Both the position numbers and the translations under genes were made by a program. A stretch of DNA of 20,000 nt, taken from the IMG/VR virus record IMGVR_UViG_3300035661_000052; one strand, given 5' to 3'. The notes under the pieces were generated by a model, which made no database searches, was not told where the DNA came from, and was given only the letters and a program-made list of their open reading frames with translations. Positions 8,480 through 16,809 of the stretch are shown here, piece after piece. This stretch comes from an uncultured virus (IMG/VR IMGVR_UViG_3300035661_000052) (lineage: Duplodnaviria > Heunggongvirae > Uroviricota > Caudoviricetes). Numbering within the stretch: position 1 is the stretch's first letter; the number at the start of each line of letters is the position of its first letter.

Positions 8480-9125
8480 CAATCACAACTCTGCGGGTAG
8501 GTGGATAACAAGATACCGGCCCCCATGCCAGGCTCACTGAAAGCAGTTTAAAATGTATCCATGATTGAATTTGTTGCAATGAGCCATGCTTTTACCTACG
8601 AAGACTAAGCAAACCTCAAGTGTCTGGGATGCTAAAACCTACCCAGTTAAACTATGAGTTTAGCTTAGCCAGTGGTTTTAAGACCAGTGTTCAAGGTGAT
8701 GATGCCAGTACTATTGAGTTATCCCCTTAGATCAGAAATGAACCTATCGTAAAGGGCATACTTCACTTTATCCTGATTGAAGTTATCGTAAGATGGAGGT
8801 CAAAATGAGTTCTTTAAGGAGCAGTACCATATATGTAAGTGGTACGTCCCGGTAACGGCACAAACTGGAGCCGAAAGCAAAGTCGAGCATACCTCTTTGG
8901 ATATGAGCAATCATTGAGAAAGTCGCTAAGCCTCGATCGGGTGCCCAACGTTAGGGCCGCATGTACAAGAACGACGTAAGAGATTGGTGGATGTTAGTAG
9001 AAAACCGAGGCTGGCCAGCCGGAGTATCAAAAACATACACCTGCAAAACGGGTGAGATCCGTACGTTGGTGAAAACTCTCTCAATGCCCGGTGTCCCAGT
9101 GATGGGTATCCGGGCACTAACCACA
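8480..9125 (+). ncRNA. Large structured non-coding RNA candidate (family not recognised)
   Basis: Dense nested helices: GGCTCA/TGAGCC, CTAAGC/GCTTAG, CTGGG/CCCAG, GTACCAT/GTGGTAC, TCGAG/CTCGA, GCCC/GGGC, TGCCCGG/CCGGGCA. GNRA loops (ATC-GTAA-GAT, CCG-GTAA-CGG, CCCA-GTGA-TGGG). No credible ORF. Confidence 0.6.
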
Positions 9126-9151
9126 CACTTACTGTTCAAATCACACGTAAA

Positions 9152-9382
9152 TTGGAAATTATCGTCCTTAATGTCACACCTATGCCATTCAGAAAAGCAA
9201 TTGAAAGAGCACTTACTGAAATTCACCAAGTTCAAGCACTCAACATACAAGCCGCATAGAAATTCATCAATGCACGCAGACATCTTGAGGAGTTGTTTGC
9301 AAACGTTCAACCTCGCAGATCTCCTAATGTTTTGACGGATACGGAGATCACTCGGCCTCTGGAGAAGAAGCTAAAGAGATAA
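9152..9382 (+). pseudogene. Small ORF interrupted by an in-frame TAG
   Basis: (TTG)EIIVLNVTPMPFRKAIERALTEIHQVQALNIQAA*KFINARRHLEELFANVQPRRSPNVLTDTEITRPLEKKLKR*. The TAG is at 9257-9259. Confidence 0.4.
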
Positions 9383-9407
9383 TTTATTCACCATTTAATT
9401 AACATTG

Positions 9408-9896
9408 ATGCAAACATTATTAAAATCTCACAATGCTTGTGAGGAGGCCAGAGAATGGGCCCTAAATAAATCCTGGAAACAAATCTTTAAAACTTGTCAT
9501 AGAGGAGATTGGTTTCTATGGCTATTTAAAAAGACTAATCCAAATGACTTACAGTTACTGACTTTAGCAAAAGGACATTGCGCTAATACTGTTAGACATC
9601 TAATGAAAGATGCTCGAAGTATTAAAGCTGTTGATATTTCTATTGGTTTTGGGGAAGGTAAAAATACAAGAGAAGAACTTAGTGCTGCTGGTGCTGATGC
9701 TTATGCTGCTTATGCTGGTGCTGATGCTTATGCTGGTGCTGATGCTTATGCTGCTTATGCTGCTGCTTATGCTGCTGATGCTTATGCTGCTATTTCTAAT
9801 AGAGTAAATACTATGAAAGCCAATCAACTTTTAACAGCAAATATCTGTCGGCAATATTTACCGTTAGAAGTTTGGAACATACCTCAGGACTTATAA
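9408..9896 (+). CDS. Hypothetical protein with an Ala/Tyr/Asp repeat tract
   Basis: ACEEAREWA...RGDWFLWL N-terminus and an AGADAYAAYA repeat. Confidence 0.8.
   Translation: MQTLLKSHNACEEAREWALNKSWKQIFKTCHRGDWFLWLFKKTNPNDLQLLTLAKGHCANTVRHLMKDARSIKAVDISIGFGEGKNTREELSAAGADAYAAYAGADAYAGADAYAAYAAAYAADAYAAISNRVNTMKANQLLTANICRQYLPLEVWNIPQDL
9684..9791 (+). repeat. Tandem GCT-based coding repeat (GCTGATGCTTATGCT...)
   Basis: Repeated GCT/GAT/TAT/GGT codons encoding AAGADAYAAYAGADAYAGADAYAAYAAAYAADAYAA. Confidence 0.85.
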
Positions 9897-9968
9897 TCTA
9901 TAATAGACGATAAGTTTTCTATAGAGGAGACCAAGAAAATAATTTACTTAATACTTAATTAACAATTA

Positions 9969-11180
9969 ATGGAATTTCCAACACTATACAAACGCACTAA
10001 GACAGGTGCGATACAACAATGGTCTGTCTTTGTCACAATTGGTTTAGCGGGAGCAATTATTATTAAAAGAGCAGGTCAACTTAATGGTACACTTACTGAA
10101 CACAGAGAAGTAATATCTGTAGGTAAGAACATAGGTAAGAGTAATGAAACCACTCCTTTACAGCAGGCAGAAGCACAGGCTCAATCTGACTGGACAAAAA
10201 AACATGATGAAGGATATAAGAGTTTAAATGATTTGGACATTGTATTATGTACTGATAAAATTCATTTTCCAGGATTGTATATGTATCCAGGATGTGGTAT
10301 TATGTTTATGAATTTGGAGTATTCATTGAATCAAACTTTACCAAAATTTAATTCGGATGCTGCTGGAAATGCAAAACCGATGCTCGCGAAGCCCGTAGAC
10401 TGGAAGAAGGTTACATACCCATGCTATGTGCAACCAAAACTGGATGGTGTACGGTGTTTGATGATTGTGAAATCATATCATCTTACAGCGGATATAACTT
10501 TTCTAAGTCGGAGTGGTAAAGAGTATACAACACTTAATCACATTAAAGATGATGTTCTCAATTATATCGCCGGTAGTGAGCAAGAGTTTATTTTGGACGG
10601 GGAGATATATTCAGAAAATCTAAGTTTCCAGGAAATTGTATCTGCTGTAAAGAAGCAACGACCGGAGTCACTAAAACTTCACTTTCGTGCCTACGACATT
10701 GTAAATGATAAGAAGCAACATCAGCGCATTGAACAGGTTCGTGAATTAATTGATCTAATTGATTCAAAGTATATCCAGTATGTAATCACAATTACAGCTG
10801 CTGTTAAAGATGATGTCACTCATCACCATGATAAGTGGGTATCTGAAGGAAATGAAGGCGCTATGATCAGACACTACAATGGTATCTATGGACAAGGCCA
10901 ACGTTCATCTGACTTACTGAAAGTGAAAGAATTTGATGAGACTGAGTTTGAGTTCAAGTGTTTTGAACAAGGACAACGTGAAGAAGATCTCATTGCTGTA
11001 TGTGAAACTCTTGAGAAGAAAGAGTTCCGTGCAAAGATGATTGGTAACAAACTATCTAAAGCTACAATGCAAACTGAGTGTGGTGAGCTTCTGGGTACTC
11101 AACTTACAGTGAAACATTTCGGTTGGACTACTGATGGTCTCCCACGTTTCCCGATTGGTAAATCATTTCGTGACTATTAA
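9969..11180 (+). CDS. lig: ATP-dependent DNA ligase
   Basis: Motif I QPKLDGVR, SRSGK, LDGEIY, EGAMIR, LLKVK, and C-terminal GLPRFP. Confidence 0.95.
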   Translation: MEFPTLYKRTKTGAIQQWSVFVTIGLAGAIIIKRAGQLNGTLTEHREVISVGKNIGKSNETTPLQQAEAQAQSDWTKKHDEGYKSLNDLDIVLCTDKIHFPGLYMYPGCGIMFMNLEYSLNQTLPKFNSDAAGNAKPMLAKPVDWKKVTYPCYVQPKLDGVRCLMIVKSYHLTADITFLSRSGKEYTTLNHIKDDVLNYIAGSEQEFILDGEIYSENLSFQEIVSAVKKQRPESLKLHFRAYDIVNDKKQHQRIEQVRELIDLIDSKYIQYVITITAAVKDDVTHHHDKWVSEGNEGAMIRHYNGIYGQGQRSSDLLKVKEFDETEFEFKCFEQGQREEDLIAVCETLEKKEFRAKMIGNKLSKATMQTECGELLGTQLTVKHFGWTTDGLPRFPIGKSFRDY

Positions 11181-11190
11181 TACGCAGCAG

Positions 11191-11466
11191 ATGATACGAT
11201 ATGACATATACGATCAGCAACTCAATCCAGGTGACTTCATCTGCTGTATAGTGAGAGGACAGTTCTCAGCAGCAAGGATAGCATCTATTAGTTTGAAAGG
11301 TACTATTCACATCAATCCCTGGAATGACCAGTCAAAGACATACCACAGCGTTGTAAGGCAACTGCGAGGATACAACATTATTAAAACAGCGGGGATGCCC
11401 GTACATCAATTTACTTTATTCAAAACAGATAATTATGCTGGCAAGAAACTTTTGGAATCAGCTTAA
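11191..11466 (+). CDS. Hypothetical protein
   Basis: The likely start is ATG 11191 (MIRYDIYDQQLNPGD), directly after TAATACGCAGCAG. Confidence 0.7.
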   Translation: MIRYDIYDQQLNPGDFICCIVRGQFSAARIASISLKGTIHINPWNDQSKTYHSVVRQLRGYNIIKTAGMPVHQFTLFKTDNYAGKKLLESA

Positions 11467-11605
11467 AGAAATCATAGAACTCCCATTCGAATTGGAAAGT
11501 GTAACTGCTGTGTCCGGTAACTGTGGAACAGTACACATTGATATGGAAGATGGAAGTACTTATTACATTGACATTCAAAAATGTGAGAGTGATGCCAGGG
11601 AATAA
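11435..11605 (+). CDS. Hypothetical protein (56 aa)
   Basis: Manual translation MLARNFWNQLKEIIELPFELESVTAVSGNCGTVHIDMEDGSTYYIDIQKCESDARE. Fills the operon gap. Confidence 0.6.
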   Translation: MLARNFWNQLKEIIELPFELESVTAVSGNCGTVHIDMEDGSTYYIDIQKCESDARE

Positions 11606-11816
11606 GAAGTACATGATATTCAGAAGTGAGGCATCTGGCCATCACTACATATTCAATGGAGAGGATGTCATTGACTTCACCCCCAATCCCAAACAGACCT
11701 GGGATGGTCCTACTGAGAAAGTAGAAGAGGCGTTCAATAATGCCCGAAAGAAAGGTTTCATTACCAGCAGAGGCCGGCACATCGTAGTGTCCAGAGGGAC
11801 ATTCATAGACAACTAA
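11592..11816 (+). CDS. Hypothetical protein
   Basis: Part of ORF 11523-11816. The likely start is MPGNKKY. Confidence 0.65.
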   Translation: MPGNKKYMIFRSEASGHHYIFNGEDVIDFTPNPKQTWDGPTEKVEEAFNNARKKGFITSRGRHIVVSRGTFIDN

Positions 11817-11817
11817 C

Positions 11818-11925
11818 TAAGGGGGGCAGTCAGTGTTTTTCAGAACTTAAACAATCTAAAACCATCCGTAACAGGGTGCAATGGATTATTGATATGGAGA
11901 CGACGGGAGCTGACTGTTCCTCTTA
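11818..11925 (+). ncRNA. Intergenic long-stem RNA element
   Basis: TAAGGGGGGCAGTCAGT (11818-11834) pairs over 17 bp, including G-U pairs, with GCTGACTGTTCCTCTTA (11909-11925). Confidence 0.5.
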
Positions 11926-11951
11926 TTTTACACACTCAAAAACAAGAACAC

Positions 11952-12242
11952 ATGTGGGGATTATTTGAAAAGAAAGAAAGGAAAGAAGATGAATTTCTTG
12001 GAGCTGAGCACGCAGTGGTACCGATGAACTTTGAGAGTACCATTGAAGAAGTTAAGAAGTTAAGTCCAAAGGCACAGGCAACATTCCTGTATAAGCTGGT
12101 AGGCGCACTTCCACAAGGAGTTGCCAGGACATTACATAAATACACGTCAAACAGATTGAGCAATGGTACGTATCCTAACATCAGACAGAAAGAGCGTAAC
12201 CTTGATAGAAGTGTTACGCAGGGGGGTGGCCTCGACAGTTAG
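11952..12242 (+). CDS. Hypothetical protein
   Basis: The likely start is MWGLFEKK. Confidence 0.65.
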   Translation: MWGLFEKKERKEDEFLGAEHAVVPMNFESTIEEVKKLSPKAQATFLYKLVGALPQGVARTLHKYTSNRLSNGTYPNIRQKERNLDRSVTQGGGLDS

Positions 12243-12648
12243 TCCCAACTATTACAACACGCTGTACCAACGGTTCTCAAACATACGTATAGCAAAATTC
12301 TTAAAGACACATACTGAAGAACAGATTAGGGTTTATTTACAGACTCATCCGGAATTACACATCTATACAATCATTGACAATGAGCCACTTTTGTCTGCTG
12401 TTGATCAACAGCAGGTGGATGTTAATATCACAACGAGATCAAAGATAGCTGCCAGGCAACGGGTAAAGGATGAGGATGGAGATGACTACATTGATGAGTT
12501 CGGTCGGTATGTGTATATCACAAGTAGGATTGGTACAGAGGCAGATAAAGATTTGCGGTATGAGGATAAAGCCGATCCTGAATTATTCACAGTTCAATAC
12601 ATAGCAAATGAATTATCGCATAATAGAGACAGGCAGCACATTACCTGA
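12163..12648 (+). CDS. Hypothetical protein
   Basis: 161-aa ORF. Confidence 0.7.
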   Translation: MVRILTSDRKSVTLIEVLRRGVASTVSPNYYNTLYQRFSNIRIAKFLKTHTEEQIRVYLQTHPELHIYTIIDNEPLLSAVDQQQVDVNITTRSKIAARQRVKDEDGDDYIDEFGRYVYITSRIGTEADKDLRYEDKADPELFTVQYIANELSHNRDRQHIT

Positions 12649-12898
12649 TGTTATTCTTTATAGAGAATTCGACTCTGAAACCAATAATTGTGGAGAACAG
12701 GGTCATGTTGTAGTTATCTGTGCAATAGGTGCAATAGGTACAGTAGATCAACAAAATGAGGTTGAAGGACAAGAATATGAGTGGATTGAATTTCAATCTG
12801 CATCCTCAGCTAAGGCATTTATTCAATCTTATACAGTCGCTAACGCAAAGGCTTGGTGCACAGAAAAAAGGAATCACTTATTAATACACAGCAGATGA
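12608..12898 (+). CDS. Hypothetical protein
   Basis: 96-aa ORF with ATGA coupling to the next gene. Confidence 0.7.
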   Translation: MNYRIIETGSTLPDVILYREFDSETNNCGEQGHVVVICAIGAIGTVDQQNEVEGQEYEWIEFQSASSAKAFIQSYTVANAKAWCTEKRNHLLIHSR

Positions 12899-13083
12899 TA
12901 AAGAAATTAAAATGGCTGTTCAGACCATATAAGTACGAAGTGATTTTATTCTCCAGGTTCTCTCTCAATGGTTATAATGTAGTAAGAATAAACAGATACA
13001 CTGGTATACAGAAAATACTGGATGCACAAGTACCCCTGAAGATAGCTGTAAATACTGCTAACCGTTTAAATACTCAAACATGA
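12895..13083 (+). CDS. Hypothetical protein
   Basis: Start MIKKLKW after TAATACACAGCAG. ATGA coupling on both sides. Confidence 0.7.
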   Translation: MIKKLKWLFRPYKYEVILFSRFSLNGYNVVRINRYTGIQKILDAQVPLKIAVNTANRLNTQT

Positions 13084-15272
13084 TACATGTGATAGGAAAT
13101 CCGACAGAGCAGTCTGCTAAATATCAAGCAGGAGATTGGAATCAGTTCAAGCCCTGGATACTGGAATTAGCAGAAGTTGAGTTTGATGTTGAGACCACCG
13201 TGAGTCCATGGTGGTCAGAGAAAAAACTCATCACTGTTCAATTTGGTTGGAATGGTACAGAGTGGGTATTCCAATGGAGTGAACTGTCTGTTGAGCAGAA
13301 AGATTGGATCAAACAGATTTTGGAAAGCAAACGTATCCTCAAACTCATACACAATGCACTCTTTGAATGTACTGTCTGTCTCTTTCATGATATTCGTGTA
13401 CAGAATGTATATGATACTATGTTGGCTGAAATGGTACTACAAGGAGGTGAGCACACAGTAGGCTATGGCCTGGATGACATTTGCTTAAAGAGATTGAACA
13501 TTGTACTCGACAAGTCGCAACAATTGTTATTTGGGGACAACATTCTTAATGAGGCTAAAGTGATTTATGCAGCCCAGGATGTGAAATATCTGAGTAACAT
13601 TCGTCTCTCTATCCAGCAGGAGGCTCAGGCTAAGAACTATGAGACCTTAAACAAAGTGATAGAGTTGGAGAACAGCATTGTACCTGCTTTTGCAGAGATG
13701 GTGTTTCATGGAATGGAACTGGATAAGGAGTGGTGGTTAGGGCTTGCAAGAGAAGCTGAGCCCCTGGTATCCGCTGCACAGCAGAAGTTAAATGAGTGGT
13801 TACAACAGGAGCCATTCAGGACAGTAGCATATCAACTCAATTACCTCAGTGATAAAGATAGAGTACTGATTAACTGGAACAGTCCCAAGCAGAAGGAGAA
13901 ACTCTTTCAGGATTTGTTTCCGGAGTTACCCGGTACCAGTAAGGCTGTATTGAAGAAGTGGCAATCCACTCAACTCAAAGCACAACAGCCGGTACCTGAG
14001 TGGCTCCCCTATTACCTTGATGGTGATAGTACTGAAGTGTCCAAAGTGGTAGTCAATGAGCACAGGGATTACTTGATTGCTGAACAGCAGCTGATTCCTG
14101 CCGGCACGCCTACGATCAATTGGAATAGTACCTATCAGGTATTGCCGCTAATTCAATGTGTGGAACGTGTGAATGATTTGTCTGCTGAGAGTTTAGGTAG
14201 AACATCCCATCCAATTGTTGCAGACTATGAGGAGTACAAAGATACTGCTAAACTACTCTCATCTTTTGGAGAGAAGTGGATAGAAAAATATGTAGAGCCT
14301 GATGGAAAGGTTAGAACATCCTTTAGACAAATTCTCGCTACAGGAAGAACTTCTTCATCTGGCCCCAACCTTCAGCAATTACCAAAGAACAAACGTGTAG
14401 GTAATAAATATCGTAATGCATTTATTCTTCCACCCAAATGGAAATGGGTATCAACTGATTTTGTATCAGAAGAGTTGGTGATTGTTGCTTACTTATCACA
14501 AGAGACTGTATGGCTTGAAGCGTTATCTAAGGGATGCGACTTACACTCGAGTGTAGCTGAAGTTGTGTTCAAGAAGAAGTGGAAAGATGCCGCAACAAGT
14601 ACATGTGAGTTTTATCATCCTCATGTAGATGATAAAGGTGTTTTGTGGCCTGCATATTCACGCAAGAAATGTAATTGCAATGCTCACAAATATCTTCGGG
14701 ACGCTACTAAGACTGTGAATTTCATGTTAGTATATGGTGGGTCTCATTTCAAACTTGCATCAACATTACGCATTACAGTTCCTGAGGCACAGCAGATCAT
14801 TGAAGATTATTTTAAAGCATTGCCGAAACTCAAAAAAGTACTGGATTACTTAGGAGAATTTGGAATTACTAAAGGATACATTCAAACTATTTGGCCCTAC
14901 TATAGGAGACGTTGGTTTCCTAATTGGCAATTCTACACAAGGTTCATTGATGCTCATCTACAAAGTGCACAATTTCATGGTGGATTAGGTGAAATCGAAA
15001 GAGCCAGTAAAAACACCCCGGTTCAGGGTAGTGGGGGGGATATTCTTAAACTCTCTATCAGAAATGTTTACAATTATATTCACGACAACGATCTGTCCTC
15101 TAAGGTTCATCTCAAAATGGAAGTACATGATTCACTTGATACAGCAGCTAAAGAAGAGTATGCTGAAGAGTGGAGTATTATCCAATCACGATTGATGGAA
15201 GATGCTGGTAGAGTATTGATACCGACTGGTATTTTAAAGACTGATACTACACTTACAGTGCGTTGGTCTTAA
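13080..15272 (+). CDS. polA: Family A DNA polymerase with 3'-5' exonuclease domain
   Basis: Exonuclease motifs FDVETT, HNALFE and YAAQDV. Polymerase motifs TGRTSSSGPNLQQLP, motif A (DFVSEEL), motif B (KTVNFMLVYG), NTPVQGSGGD and motif C (VHDS). Confidence 0.95.
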   Translation: MIHVIGNPTEQSAKYQAGDWNQFKPWILELAEVEFDVETTVSPWWSEKKLITVQFGWNGTEWVFQWSELSVEQKDWIKQILESKRILKLIHNALFECTVCLFHDIRVQNVYDTMLAEMVLQGGEHTVGYGLDDICLKRLNIVLDKSQQLLFGDNILNEAKVIYAAQDVKYLSNIRLSIQQEAQAKNYETLNKVIELENSIVPAFAEMVFHGMELDKEWWLGLAREAEPLVSAAQQKLNEWLQQEPFRTVAYQLNYLSDKDRVLINWNSPKQKEKLFQDLFPELPGTSKAVLKKWQSTQLKAQQPVPEWLPYYLDGDSTEVSKVVVNEHRDYLIAEQQLIPAGTPTINWNSTYQVLPLIQCVERVNDLSAESLGRTSHPIVADYEEYKDTAKLLSSFGEKWIEKYVEPDGKVRTSFRQILATGRTSSSGPNLQQLPKNKRVGNKYRNAFILPPKWKWVSTDFVSEELVIVAYLSQETVWLEALSKGCDLHSSVAEVVFKKKWKDAATSTCEFYHPHVDDKGVLWPAYSRKKCNCNAHKYLRDATKTVNFMLVYGGSHFKLASTLRITVPEAQQIIEDYFKALPKLKKVLDYLGEFGITKGYIQTIWPYYRRRWFPNWQFYTRFIDAHLQSAQFHGGLGEIERASKNTPVQGSGGDILKLSIRNVYNYIHDNDLSSKVHLKMEVHDSLDTAAKEEYAEEWSIIQSRLMEDAGRVLIPTGILKTDTTLTVRWS

Positions 15273-15281
15273 ATAACAAAG

Positions 15282-15746
15282 ATGAAGAAGAATATTAATT
15301 ATTTCGGTTTCCCCGGAATGCAGAATGTTGAATGGTCTGACAAAATTGACTTATGGGAATTGAGTCGGGTACGAACTAAAGAGTGTCTTGATATAGTAAG
15401 GGATGTGATCTGCGAACATTATGAAATTACTTCTAAGAATTTTCACAGTAGTGAACGCTTTGAGCCATTTCCTGCAGCTAGACAAGTCTTCTGCTGGATA
15501 GTGAGAATTGAACTGTTCTCTCACATTTATCTCAGAGTAATTGGTGAGTACATTGGTATCAATCCAATTAGTAAGAAGTCTTATGATCACACTACAGTAG
15601 TACATGGGATCAATCAGGTAAAGAACATGCTATTTACCGGGGAAATAACACAACAATGTATTGATAACATTACTGAATTATCTCGTATCAAATTCGCAAA
15701 GTTGTGGGGATTGTATCAGTATCAAAAGAAACAAATTAAACTATGA
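15282..15746 (+). CDS. DnaA C-terminal-like helix-turn-helix protein
   Basis: ARQVFCWIVR...LRVIGEYIG...DHTTVVHGINQV matches the DnaA domain IV signature (DHTTV.H). Confidence 0.8.
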   Translation: MKKNINYFGFPGMQNVEWSDKIDLWELSRVRTKECLDIVRDVICEHYEITSKNFHSSERFEPFPAARQVFCWIVRIELFSHIYLRVIGEYIGINPISKKSYDHTTVVHGINQVKNMLFTGEITQQCIDNITELSRIKFAKLWGLYQYQKKQIKL

Positions 15747-15970
15747 TCATTTCAATATCAGGAAAGATTGAATCTGTCTGTTGTAAGGAAAGCGGGAGGC
15801 ATCACCATTCGAATCAACAGGGTATTTGCGAGACCGTTTAGTGAAAAACACTTGTAAAACATACTTCAGAAACATCATTAGATGATACTCAATTAGATCA
15901 TGTGATCGACAACAAGACGATTGAAGAATTAGCACAGAAACTATTACCAATCATATCAAATCTTAATTAA
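15743..15970 (+). pseudogene. Deoxynucleoside monophosphate kinase remnant (large internal deletion plus frameshift)
   Basis: Three frames give MIISISGKIES | VRKAGGITIRINR | HTSETSLDDTQLDHVIDNKTIEELAQK. These match the N-terminal P-loop start and the C-terminal motifs of phage dNMP kinases. Confidence 0.75.
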
Positions 15971-15971
15971 A

Positions 15972-16415
15972 ATGGGTACAATCAAACAGCCGGGATGTAA
16001 GGATAAGTCCTACATCAAATTAAAGACAATGCATGAAGAATGCCGCTGCTGTGGCAAAGGTCGCGAATGGGTATGCGACAGTTGTAATGCTCTGCTTGAC
16101 AGGGGACATGCATTCTTCATTGAGGTGAAAGATTCCTCAAACGAACAACACAAGAAGCCCACCGGCTATGCGATTGCATTCATTGCAAGAGAAGCCTATG
16201 AACACGGACATCCTGAAGTCACACTGACGCCAGGCATTTACTTCATCAGAGAGAGTGATCTCAAACAATTCTTAGGAGATGGATATAACAAATTTAATCA
16301 TTCCGCCCGATCCGGAGCGCCAGGAAGATTCCTTCACAACGGTGCTGGAAGCCGCCCCCGCGTTAACAGCGGAGCAGCAGATAGTTCACGATCAGCTACT
16401 GAACTGGCTCATTGA
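15972..16415 (+). CDS. Hypothetical Cys-rich protein
   Basis: CRCC...CDSC. The 3' end overlaps the helicase start. Confidence 0.65.
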   Translation: MGTIKQPGCKDKSYIKLKTMHEECRCCGKGREWVCDSCNALLDRGHAFFIEVKDSSNEQHKKPTGYAIAFIAREAYEHGHPEVTLTPGIYFIRESDLKQFLGDGYNKFNHSARSGAPGRFLHNGAGSRPRVNSGAADSSRSATELAH

Positions 16416-16809
16416 TAAGACGAATAAAAAACCAGCAGTCTTTAAAGGATTTGCCGGTGTCGGTAAGAGTTTCACACTGACGTACTTTGTACAATCTGTA
16501 CGTAAGATTTACTCTACTATCTACAATATAGGCATGACAGCGCCAACACACAAGGCTGTTAAAGTGCTCCGTAAGAATGCTATCCTTTCCGTGGACTACC
16601 GCACTCTTCACAGTATGCTTGCTCTCAGGGAGCAGATTAATGAATACACAGGGGAAATCACTTATGAACCAGAGAAGTTTTCTGCTGTTCCACCGCCAAT
16701 TACTGATATTAATCTGCTGATAGTTGATGAAACGTCAATGCTCACAGATCAGTTATTTAATTATCTGGTGCCATGGATCAAGAAAGGGCTCAAGGTAATA
16801 TTTACCGGT
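16279..16809 (+). CDS. dda: Dda/RecD-like SF1B helicase, exon 1
   Basis: Walker A GFAGVGKS, APTHKA, TLHS and IVDETSM. Ends ...IFTG at the 5' splice site. Confidence 0.9.

Noticed and set aside
8480..8960. Group I intron or RNase P RNA
   Set aside because: GAAGACTA and GAGAAAGTC only loosely resemble the conserved elements. No ordered P/Q/R/S set, no interrupted gene and no RNase P P4 partner were found.
5554..9259. Stop-codon reassignment (TGA=Trp or TAG=Gln, as in some crAss-like phages)
   Set aside because: TGA ends genes in ATGA overlaps (8263, 12898, 13083, 15746) and TAG ends others (2503, 4308, 17741). The long genes read through in the standard code, so isolated stops fit pseudogenisation better.
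8926..9335. ORFs 8961-9335(+), 8951-9310(-) and 8926-9126(-) as real genes
   Set aside because: They have atypical composition, overlap strong RNA helices, and a more protein-like reading exists in another frame from 9152.
9600..9827. ORFs 9600-9827(-) and 9610-9807(+)
   Set aside because: These are alternative-frame shadows of the GCT repeat.
13080..15272. Intein or intron in the DNA polymerase
   Set aside because: The ORF is a continuous 730 aa, with no intein C-terminal HN-C/S/T junction and no LAGLIDADG block.
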